Assembly (NCBI GenBank): GCA_964481825.1
Contig: CAYZUE010000001.1
Location: forward strand, 1 to 60,902
Direction: 5' to 3'
Source of the DNA: Candidatus Hydrothermarchaeota archaeon
Lineage (GTDB): Archaea; Hydrothermarchaeota; Hydrothermarchaeia; Hydrothermarchaeales; JALUUU01
Length of the DNA: 60,902 bases
Positions 54,162-60,902 of this stretch are shown in pieces. The notes below the pieces were generated by a model that was not told the DNA's origin, made no database searches, and worked only from the letters and a program-made list of their open reading frames with translations. Position numbers and translations under genes: made by a program. The stretch's first letter is position 1, and every line of letters starts with the position of its first letter.

Positions 54162-54437
54162 ATGTGTAGAGGTATTACTAATCATTGCGAGGAGTATAAG
54201 AATAGCACTGTATTTCTTGTTAAAAATGAAAGTGGAAAGTATGAGCATGAATACAATCCATCAAAGAAGTGCTTTGACAATGTTCTTCTCCATGAAGAAG
54301 GAATTAAGAAAGCATTGTGTAAGTATCATAAATGGGGCGATTCTAAGTATGGGTATTGTCTCGGAACCGTTGGGAAAAATGGAGAGCAATTCACCTTTGT
54401 TCGTGAGGGCTTTGAATATACTCCAGTAGAAGAGTAA
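54162..54437 (+). CDS. Hypothetical Cys-containing small protein (91 aa)
   Basis: ORF only; five Cys (C2, C9, C37, C53, C66) and many aromatic or charged residues; no motif recognised. Confidence 0.35.
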   Translation: MCRGITNHCEEYKNSTVFLVKNESGKYEHEYNPSKKCFDNVLLHEEGIKKALCKYHKWGDSKYGYCLGTVGKNGEQFTFVREGFEYTPVEE

Positions 54438-54494
54438 ATCTATTTTTATGATATCCTGTCTAGAGTATACTCAGAACTACCTTTAATCATAAAA

Positions 54495-54822
54495 TTAGGA
54501 TATACCATAGAAGAGGCGAGGGCGTGTTGTTTGGAATCCTGATGTTTCCTTCTTTGAAAAGATTTGAAAAATTACTTTAGTTACCATAGTTTTTTTCTCT
54601 GTGCCCCCCTTAATCAGTCCAAGTTCTAGGTATATCCCTGTTCGCTGTGCTGTTGTGCCACCCTCTAATTCCTCGGGTAATCGTTTGAAGCGGTTTATGT
54701 TAAAGTCTCATTAAAGCATAACCAACTATCGAGCTAATGAAGATTATGACTGCAAATATAATGAATGTTAAGTTCCTCTTCTTAGAGTTCTCAGAATTGT
54801 ATTTTTCCCTTTTTCTCTTCAT
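54495..54822 (-). pseudogene. Interrupted gene: 40-codon TM-anchor ORF followed, one base out of frame, by a 68-codon start-less open frame
   Basis: 54700..54822 encodes MKRKREKYNSENSKKRNLTFIIFAVIIFISSIVGYALMRL*. Offset by one base, 54495..54704 stays open (FNINRFKRLPEELEGGTTAQRTGIYLELGLIKGGTEKKTMVTKVIFQIFSKKETSGFQTTRPRLFYGIS*) with no canonical start until codon 40. Removing one T from the TTT run at 54702-54704 fuses them. Confidence 0.4.
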
Positions 54823-54946
54823 AATTATAAATTTTTAAATAATTTTTTATATTAAATTTATCGGCCGTTTTATGGCAGAGTTCTTTTAAAGTATAATATT
54901 ATATGAAACAATTAAGATATAGTACCTTCTATAACTTTTTATTCTA

Positions 54947-55441
54947 ATGAAAAAAGATTGTATAACTCAGAACAAATCCGTTATTCTAGAGTCTTGTATT
55001 TTATGTCTGGCCAGGATTTTCTCTCCCTTAGCTCTAATCTCTGTTTTAATGCTGTCCGTAGGTTGCTTGGGGGATCAACATCAGGATACTGAAATGCCAG
55101 TTGTAACGGATATAAATTGGGTCGCAGACTATTATGAAGGACTTAGAATTTCCGAGGGAGAAAATAAACTACTACTTCTTTATTTTGGAGCAGATTGGTG
55201 TGGGTTTTGTCAGAAAATGGATGAAGAGGTTCTCAATACTTCAGAGGTCTCTTCAGTTATACACGAAAAATTCATTCCAGTATTCCTCAATGTCGATTTA
55301 GATGATAACTCTAAGTTGATTTCCAATTATAGAGTAACTGTTACTCCAACCTTTATAATTACATCAGAACAGGAAGAAATCATTGATATCGTCATAGGAT
55401 TTAGGGATAGGAAAGATTTCTTAGAGTTCTTAGAAGGTTAA
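54947..55441 (+). CDS. Thioredoxin-family lipoprotein (TlpA/DsbD-gamma-like)
   Basis: N-terminal hydrophobic leader ending LSVGC; LLLLYFGADWCGFCQKMDEEV with a WCxxC active site. Confidence 0.8.
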   Translation: MKKDCITQNKSVILESCILCLARIFSPLALISVLMLSVGCLGDQHQDTEMPVVTDINWVADYYEGLRISEGENKLLLLYFGADWCGFCQKMDEEVLNTSEVSSVIHEKFIPVFLNVDLDDNSKLISNYRVTVTPTFIITSEQEEIIDIVIGFRDRKDFLEFLEG

Positions 55442-55766
55442 TACGATTTAAACATAAGAACCCTGGGTAGATGAAACAATCCGTATTTTATTTTTAATAG
55501 ATATTTTTAATATTTATTTTAAATTTAAAAAGTTTCAATTGATTAATATTATCCCATAAATCTAACGCTAGAATAAGGGGGGAAACCATTTTTTTTTAAA
55601 ATTGAAGCCATTATTTAGTTCATTTAACAAAAAATACATAGAAGAATATATAAAAGTGGGGAAAGTTAATTTGGATAAAAGTTATTTAAAATGATGAATA
55701 TGCTTGATACGGGATTTGGATTGGCTAACAATACTATTCATTTTAGAAACAAGAATGTGAATTAGC

Positions 55767-58709
55767 ATGTCTCAAGAGGATTTGATTAAGAAGAGATTTA
55801 AGGAGAAGGCTCAACAAGAGCCTGAGAAACATTATTCAGTCCGGATATTAAATGAGGAAGGATTTACCAGAAGTCAATGTAGTAATTGTAAGAATTATTT
55901 TTGGGCTTCTGAGGATGCGGATGTGTGTGGGGAACCTGATTGCCGAGGAGGTTATACTTTTATCGGTGATACCCCTGCAAGGAAAAAGATGGATTTCATT
56001 GATACATGGAAGAATTTTTCAAAACTTTTCAAGAAGCTTGGTTACTCTCCTATTCCCCGTTATCCAGTTGTTGCTCGCTGGAGAGATGATGCGGAGTTTG
56101 TGCAAGCCTCTATCTACGATTTTCAGCCTTATTGTGTCACTGGCGAGGTAGATCCCCCTGCCAATCCTTTAGTTGTTCCTCAATTTTGCCTTCGGTTCAA
56201 CGATACTGACAATGTAGGGATTACTGGTAGGCATTATACCGGTTTTGTTATGATTGGTCAACATGCTTTTGAAAGACCCGAGAATTATAAACCAAATGAT
56301 TATTTAGAGCATATTTACAAATGGCTTGTAAAAGGTATGAGAATTCCTAAAAACGAGCTTCAGTTTCATGAAGATTGTTGGGCTGGAGGGGGGAATATGG
56401 GTCCAAGTATGGAATATTTTTCTCGAGGGCTTGAGATAGGTAATCAGGTTTATATGCAGTATGATATTAAAAACGGCAGGCCTAAAGAGTTAGACATTAA
56501 AGTTTTGGATATGGGGATGGGACAAGAAAGACCTGCTTGGTTCACATGTGCCACAAAGACTAGTTATGAGGCAGTTTTCCCAACTGTTGTAAAAAAACTC
56601 TATCTTTCAACAGGAATTTCTCCGGATGAGGATCTTTTAGAAAAATTTCTCCCATATTCAGGAATACTAAACATCGACGAAAATGACGATCTTGAGAAAA
56701 CTTGGGCCTTTATAGCTGGAAAACTTGGATTATCTACTATGGCTCTAAAGGATGAAATTCTACCTCTTGGCGCGATATATTCTTTGGGCGACCATACGCG
56801 TTCTTTACTACTGGCTCTAAGTGATGGAGCCATACCTTCCAATGTCGGAGGAGGATATAACCTTCGAGCCCTCTTACGAAGGAGTCTTGACTTTGTATTC
56901 AAATACGAATGGGATATTTCTTTGGGTGATTTATGCAAATGGCATGCTGATTATTTACGCCCTCAATACCCGGAGCTTAAGGAAAATTTAGATGAAGTAA
57001 GAGATATTTTAGATGTTGAGAAGAAAAAATATGCTTCAACTAAGTTAAAATCAAGGAGGACTGTAACTAGACTCCGAGATAAAAAAGTTACATTGGATAA
57101 ACTCATTGAACTCTATGATTCTAATGGAATTAGCCCTGAAATGCTGGTTGAGGAAGGTCTACCAGTAGACATACCCTCCGATTTTTACACAAAAGTAGCT
57201 GAACGACATGAGAAAAAAGAGCAGATAGCTCAGACACGTAAGGAAGTAGATTTAGACCTCACTAATATTGAGAATACGAAGATACTTTATTATGAAGATT
57301 ATTCTAAGCTGAACTTTGAAGGTGTAGTTTTAAAGGTGCTTAAGGGCAAATATGTTATCCTAAATCAGACTGCATTTTATCCGACAAGTGGTGGTCAATT
57401 ACATGACATTGGGGATTTAAACGGTTCTGATGTTGAAGACGTGTTCAAGCAGGGAAAAATAATTGTTCATGTTGTAAAAGACCCATCATTTAGAGTTGGA
57501 GATCGTGTAAAAGGAAAAATTGATAAGGATCGAAGGAAGCAACTTGCTCAGCATCATACTGCTACCCATATCCTAAATGGCACTGTGAAAAACATTTTAG
57601 GAAAACATATATGGCAGGCAGGAGCTGAAAAGACTCTTGATAAAGCGCGATTAGATATTACACATTATGAATCGATTTCCCGTAAAGTATTGAAAGAAAT
57701 TGAGGACCATGCAAATCATATTATAAATAAGAATTTTACGGTAGAAAGTAAGATATATTCTAGGGATGAAGCCGAATCTAAATTTGGGTTTAGGCTCTAT
57801 CAGGGGGGTGCCGTCCCTGGAAAAGAACTTAGGGTTGTAAAAATAAAAGATCTTGATATAGAAGCATGTGGTGGTACTCATCTCAATTCCACAGAGGAAG
57901 TTCTAGGTCTAAAGTTAATTAGCACTACAAAAATACAGGATGGTGTAGTTAGGCTTGAATATGTTGCGGGGGGTGCTGCTAGAGGTTACGAGGAACGAAC
58001 CAGAAAAATGTTAAATGATATAGTTGTTCATTTTAAAGATTTTATAGTTCTAGATAAACATTTTGCCTTTAAAATCGAGGTGCCATCCAACTTTAGAGAA
58101 CTTGAAGATGAAATGTATCAATGTGCTGATGTTTTTTCAATAGCTTCTGACCAGTTAAATATTACATTGCAGAGATTTGTTAATGAAATAATTGTAGAAC
58201 ATGACGAAATTGTCAGGAGGAGAGAGCGATTGGGTTTAAATCCATTAAAACTCAATCTTCCTTTACATCGGATTTCTCTTTTCGAGTTTTCTCAACAAGT
58301 ATTTCTTACTTGGAAGGATGGTAAGAAAAATTTGAATCAGTTGAGGAAGGAAGATGCAAAAGAGAAAGTAAAGGATTTGGAGAATAAATTTAGCAAGTGT
58401 GGGAAATATAGTATCCTTGTAACTGAAATTGAAACAGATAGGGAGGAAACTTTTAGAACATCTAAGAATCTTGTAGGGAATAAGAGGATAGTGATATTGT
58501 TTGGTATAGATGGAAGAATTTCCGTAATTGGGAGTAGTGATCCTAAGGCTCCGGTTAACATGAGCTATCTTGTAAAAGAGACATGTAAGATTCTTGGTGG
58601 CGGTGGCGGAGGTAATAAGGATTTTGCTCAAGGAGCGGGATTCAATAAAAATAAGTTAGGAGACGCAAAAAAATGGGTAAAGGAGCAAATCGAGGCTAAA
58701 TTAATCTAA
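55767..58709 (+). CDS. alaS: Alanyl-tRNA synthetase (archaeal type, 980 aa)
   Basis: N-terminal Cys cluster CSNCKN..CGEPDC, class-II core, editing-domain zinc motifs HHTATH and EACGGTH, C-terminal DHHA1-like GGGGGGNKDFAQGAG. Confidence 0.94.
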   Translation: MSQEDLIKKRFKEKAQQEPEKHYSVRILNEEGFTRSQCSNCKNYFWASEDADVCGEPDCRGGYTFIGDTPARKKMDFIDTWKNFSKLFKKLGYSPIPRYPVVARWRDDAEFVQASIYDFQPYCVTGEVDPPANPLVVPQFCLRFNDTDNVGITGRHYTGFVMIGQHAFERPENYKPNDYLEHIYKWLVKGMRIPKNELQFHEDCWAGGGNMGPSMEYFSRGLEIGNQVYMQYDIKNGRPKELDIKVLDMGMGQERPAWFTCATKTSYEAVFPTVVKKLYLSTGISPDEDLLEKFLPYSGILNIDENDDLEKTWAFIAGKLGLSTMALKDEILPLGAIYSLGDHTRSLLLALSDGAIPSNVGGGYNLRALLRRSLDFVFKYEWDISLGDLCKWHADYLRPQYPELKENLDEVRDILDVEKKKYASTKLKSRRTVTRLRDKKVTLDKLIELYDSNGISPEMLVEEGLPVDIPSDFYTKVAERHEKKEQIAQTRKEVDLDLTNIENTKILYYEDYSKLNFEGVVLKVLKGKYVILNQTAFYPTSGGQLHDIGDLNGSDVEDVFKQGKIIVHVVKDPSFRVGDRVKGKIDKDRRKQLAQHHTATHILNGTVKNILGKHIWQAGAEKTLDKARLDITHYESISRKVLKEIEDHANHIINKNFTVESKIYSRDEAESKFGFRLYQGGAVPGKELRVVKIKDLDIEACGGTHLNSTEEVLGLKLISTTKIQDGVVRLEYVAGGAARGYEERTRKMLNDIVVHFKDFIVLDKHFAFKIEVPSNFRELEDEMYQCADVFSIASDQLNITLQRFVNEIIVEHDEIVRRRERLGLNPLKLNLPLHRISLFEFSQQVFLTWKDGKKNLNQLRKEDAKEKVKDLENKFSKCGKYSILVTEIETDREETFRTSKNLVGNKRIVILFGIDGRISVIGSSDPKAPVNMSYLVKETCKILGGGGGGNKDFAQGAGFNKNKLGDAKKWVKEQIEAKLI

Positions 58710-58840
58710 TGATAACTCCAAAGGTTTTATAAGGGCGTCCATCAATTGATGTTCTACAAATTAATACATCTTTACAAGTGCAATAGGCTTTTATGATAGT
58801 ATAATTATCGAAGCTTGATTAATTCATTGGTGAAAATATT

Positions 58841-59203
58841 ATGAAAAAATCTAAGAGTACAAATATTGTGTTGCTAACTCTTATCGAAGAAATGCTGAGT
58901 AAATCAAGGGAGTTTGAAGCACGAATTTGGAGAGACCTTGCGGGAAGAATTTCTAAGTCATCTAAACTTCGAGCAGAGATTAATATAGGTAATATCTCAA
59001 GATTTACAAAGAAAGATGATATTATTGCTGTTCCTGGAAAAGTATTAGGTGATGGGGATATTAACCATAAGGTTACAGTTGCAGCACTTAATTTTTCAGT
59101 GAAGGGAAAACTAAAAATTAAAGCTGCAGGCGGTAAGTGTCTTTCTTTTAAGGAATTGATGAAGGAGAATCCTAAAGGTAGTAATGTTAGAATAATGAGG
59201 TAA
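58841..59203 (+). CDS. rpl18e: 50S ribosomal protein L18e
   Basis: 120 aa, RIWRDLA..., VPGKVLGDG, AALNFS pattern; canonical position before rpl13. Confidence 0.88.
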   Translation: MKKSKSTNIVLLTLIEEMLSKSREFEARIWRDLAGRISKSSKLRAEINIGNISRFTKKDDIIAVPGKVLGDGDINHKVTVAALNFSVKGKLKIKAAGGKCLSFKELMKENPKGSNVRIMR

Positions 59204-59208
59204 CTATA

Positions 59209-59640
59209 ATGAAGATAATAGATGCTAATAACTTGGTAATTGGTAGACTTGCTACGGTTGCAGTTAAGTACCTTCTTCAAGGTGAAAAAGTAATCGTTGT
59301 TAATGTAGAAGAGGGAGTTATATCAGGTTCAAAATCGAGTACATTTGGTAAATATCTTCATAGAAGACAGAGGAAAAGTCTGGTTAATCCTGCAAGACAT
59401 GGGCCGTTTTTTCCGAGGAGGCCTGAAGGTATAATGAAGAGAGCAATAAGAGGCATGCTACCATATAAAAAATCTAGGGGGAGAAAAGCTTACAAAAATT
59501 TGAGAGTTTATATTGGGGTACCTAAAGAATTCGAGGATAAAAGATGCGATACTATTGCAGATGCTAATATATCAAAGCTAAAGGTGCCAAAATATATTAA
59601 GTTGAAAGAACTGAGCAAATCACTTGGAGCCACATTTTAG
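59209..59640 (+). CDS. rpl13: 50S ribosomal protein L13
   Basis: IIDANNLVIGRLA, RGMLP.K..RG motifs. Confidence 0.92.
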   Translation: MKIIDANNLVIGRLATVAVKYLLQGEKVIVVNVEEGVISGSKSSTFGKYLHRRQRKSLVNPARHGPFFPRRPEGIMKRAIRGMLPYKKSRGRKAYKNLRVYIGVPKEFEDKRCDTIADANISKLKVPKYIKLKELSKSLGATF

Positions 59641-59649
59641 GTGTTAATT

Positions 59650-60048
59650 ATGAAGATAATTCAAACATCAGGGAAAAGGAAGACTGCAATTGCTAGGGCA
59701 ATGATAACAAAAGGAATTGGTAAAATTAGGATAAATAAAATACCATTAGAAATAATTGAACCTGAGCTATCTAGAATGAAGATAACAGAACCACTCCTCC
59801 TTGCTGGTGAACTAGCCGAAAAAGTAGATATAAATGTTAATGTTAAAGGTGGGGGACTTATGGGTCAAGCTGAAGCTGTTAGAACGGCTATAGGTAGAGG
59901 TTTAATCGAGTACAGTAAAGACGCTAAGCTTAAAGCTGCATTTTCAGATTATGATAAGACATTGCTTAAGAGTGATCCAAGAAGGAAAGAGACAAAAAAA
60001 TTCGGTGGTAAAGGGGCAAGGTCTAAGAAGCAGAAATCATATAGGTGA
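59650..60048 (+). CDS. rps9: 30S ribosomal protein S9
   Basis: [21 protein letters not shown]-terminal KKQKSYR. I prefer ATG 59650; the track start 59641 is GTG. Confidence 0.92.
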   Translation: MKIIQTSGKRKTAIARAMITKGIGKIRINKIPLEIIEPELSRMKITEPLLLAGELAEKVDINVNVKGGGLMGQAEAVRTAIGRGLIEYSKDAKLKAAFSDYDKTLLKSDPRRKETKKFGGKGARSKKQKSYR

Positions 60049-60053
60049 GAAAA

Positions 60054-60254
60054 ATGATTATTCCAGTAAGGTGTTTCAGTTGTGGAGTAGTTATAGCTGA
60101 TAAATACGGTGAGTTTAAGGAAAGAGTAGTTAAAGAAAACCCACAAAAAGTTTTGGATTCACTTGGAATTCATCGTTATTGTTGTAGGAGAATGCTCCTC
60201 AGTCAAGTAGATGTAATTGATGAAATAATAAAATTCGATGAACAGGGGCCGTAG
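60054..60254 (+). CDS. rpoN: DNA-directed RNA polymerase subunit N (Rpb10)
   Basis: [11 protein letters not shown]...RYCCRRM zinc-binding motif. I prefer ATG 60054; the track start 60045 is GTG inside the rps9 end. Confidence 0.9.
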   Translation: MIIPVRCFSCGVVIADKYGEFKERVVKENPQKVLDSLGIHRYCCRRMLLSQVDVIDEIIKFDEQGP

Positions 60255-60334
60255 GGTAGCCTGGTCCATCCTCCCAGCTCGGGGTATGATTATACGAAAA
60301 GCTGGTAACCTGAGTTCAAATCTCGGCGGCCCCA
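60245..60334 (+). tRNA. tRNA-Pro-like gene (anticodon GGG as folded by eye) with a 15-nt intron at 37/38
   Basis: Acceptor GGGGCCG/CGGCCCC, discriminator A, D-arm GGGU-AGCCUGGUCC-AUCC, anticodon stem CCAGC/GCUGG, T-arm CUGAG-UUCAAAU-CUCGG, no encoded CCA. The 22 nt between the anticodon-stem halves are a 7-nt loop (UCGGGG.A) plus intron 60285-60299 that can form a bulge-helix-bulge. Not verified with tRNAscan-SE. Confidence 0.75.
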
Positions 60335-60366
60335 TTTCCTAGTATAATAAAATAAGGGTGTTAAAA

Positions 60367-60576
60367 ATGATACAAAAAGAAGAACTTACAAGATTTGAAA
60401 GAGCAAGAATAATTGGTGCTAGATGTTTGCAACTTGCGATGGGTGCTCCATCATTATTAATTGACCGTAACGAAATGTTTGATCCAATACTAATTTCTAT
60501 TGAGGAGCTCGATCAAGGTTTAATACCTCTTACGGTAAAACGTAGTATGCCTTTTAAGAAGGATACTAAGGAATAA
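60367..60576 (+). CDS. rpoK: DNA-directed RNA polymerase subunit K (Rpb6/omega)
   Basis: [22 protein letters not shown] motif. I prefer ATG 60367; the track start 60358 is GTG. Confidence 0.9.
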   Translation: MIQKEELTRFERARIIGARCLQLAMGAPSLLIDRNEMFDPILISIEELDQGLIPLTVKRSMPFKKDTKE

Positions 60577-60577
60577 G

Positions 60578-60902
60578 ATGGCCTCGTCTATTATCAAAAG
60601 TATCAAGGCTAGAAAGGTTGTAGATAGCCGAGGTAATTGGACTATTGAAACTGATGTAATTACTTCTAATGGCCACGGTAGATGCACTGCGCCTAGTGGA
60701 GCAAGTACTGGGAAATTTGAGGTGCATTCATATCCAAATGGAAATGTTGACCAAGCTATAACTAAGTTTGAGAATGAATTAGCACCAGTTCTTATCGGTA
60801 TGGATGTTGATAACCAAGAGTTAATAGATCAAACTTTGAAAGATATCGATGGAACATCTAATTTTTCAAATATCGGGGGGAATACTTCAGTAGTCATTTC
60901 TT
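60578..60902 (+). CDS. eno: Enolase, N-terminal 108 aa; 3' end lies outside the window
   Basis: ATG 2 nt after the rpoK stop; MASSIIKSIKARKVVDSRGNWTIETDV...APSGASTGKFE matches the enolase N-terminal domain; frame open to the right edge (not in the track because it has no stop). Confidence 0.9.
   Translation, partial: MASSIIKSIKARKVVDSRGNWTIETDVITSNGHGRCTAPSGASTGKFEVHSYPNGNVDQAITKFENELAPVLIGMDVDNQELIDQTLKDIDGTSNFSNIGGNTSVVIS

Noticed and set aside
54500-54700. GC-richer stretch in a 509-nt ORF-free gap. I first suspected a structured ncRNA (SRP RNA, RNase P RNA or similar).
   Set aside because: I could not find the conserved SRP helix-8 or RNase P CR-I/CR-V motifs, nor a convincing long-range helix. 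The stretch coincides exactly with a 68-codon open reading frame on the minus strand, so a coding remnant explains the composition better. A covariance-model scan (Rfam) would settle it.
55691-55764. AUGAUGA box-C-like sequence and a 24-codon uORF (MMNMLDTGFGLANNTIHFRNKNVN) ending 2 nt before the alaS ATG.
   Set aside because: There is no matching box D (CUGA), C' or D' elements, or terminal stem for a C/D sRNA. The uORF has no Shine-Dalgarno element or other support and could arise by chance in AT-rich sequence.

Overview
The window is AT-rich archaeal chromosome with almost no non-coding space. I found no rRNA, CRISPR array, transposase or integrase. All calls below come from reading motifs by eye; no searches were run.

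Lineage: the gene content fits an aerobic, heterotrophic euryarchaeote. Markers are PolD, RFC, FtsZ, bacterial-type gyrase, split archaeal glutamate synthase, A-type cytochrome c oxidase, SdhABC and tungsten-type AOR. It is possibly Thermoplasmatota or marine-group-like, but that placement is only an inference.

Gene order, left to right:
- PolD DP2 (5'-truncated), RFC large subunit, gyrB-gyrA.
- A long minus-strand run: hisF-hisH, DJ-1, an AIR-synthase-related gene, pdxS-pdxT, gltB split into three genes.
- purS-purL-purQ, purC, hel308, purB.
- Assorted genes: methyltransferase, Usp, permease, THUMP, creatininase-family, polyprenyl synthase, DsrE-like plus TusA.
- An uncharacterised envelope module: a DUF1786-like ASKHA protein, a 591-aa multidomain membrane protein and a SpoIIM-like protein.
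- dtdA, a thioredoxin-fold protein, then the conserved ftsZ-secE-nusG-rpl11-rpl1-rplP0-rplP1 block.
- Minus-strand RHH-aor-(glutaredoxin-like)-malic enzyme-sdhABC.
- amt-glnK, coxBAC with extra small ORFs, SCO1, a thioredoxin lipoprotein.
- alaS, rpl18e-rpl13-rps9-rpoN-tRNA-rpoK-eno (3'-truncated).

Most of this is ordinary housekeeping. Points worth a second look:
- The coupled membrane-protein pair at 31.3-33.7 kb.
- The extra ORFs and lipoproteins around the cox operon.
- Two genes interrupted at homopolymer runs.
- An intron-containing tRNA-Pro-like gene with C at position 33 that overlaps rpoN.
- A GGAA-N6-TTCC palindrome in the amt promoter.
- A 44-nt gene fragment duplicated 6.8 kb away.
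- A long-form GyrB.
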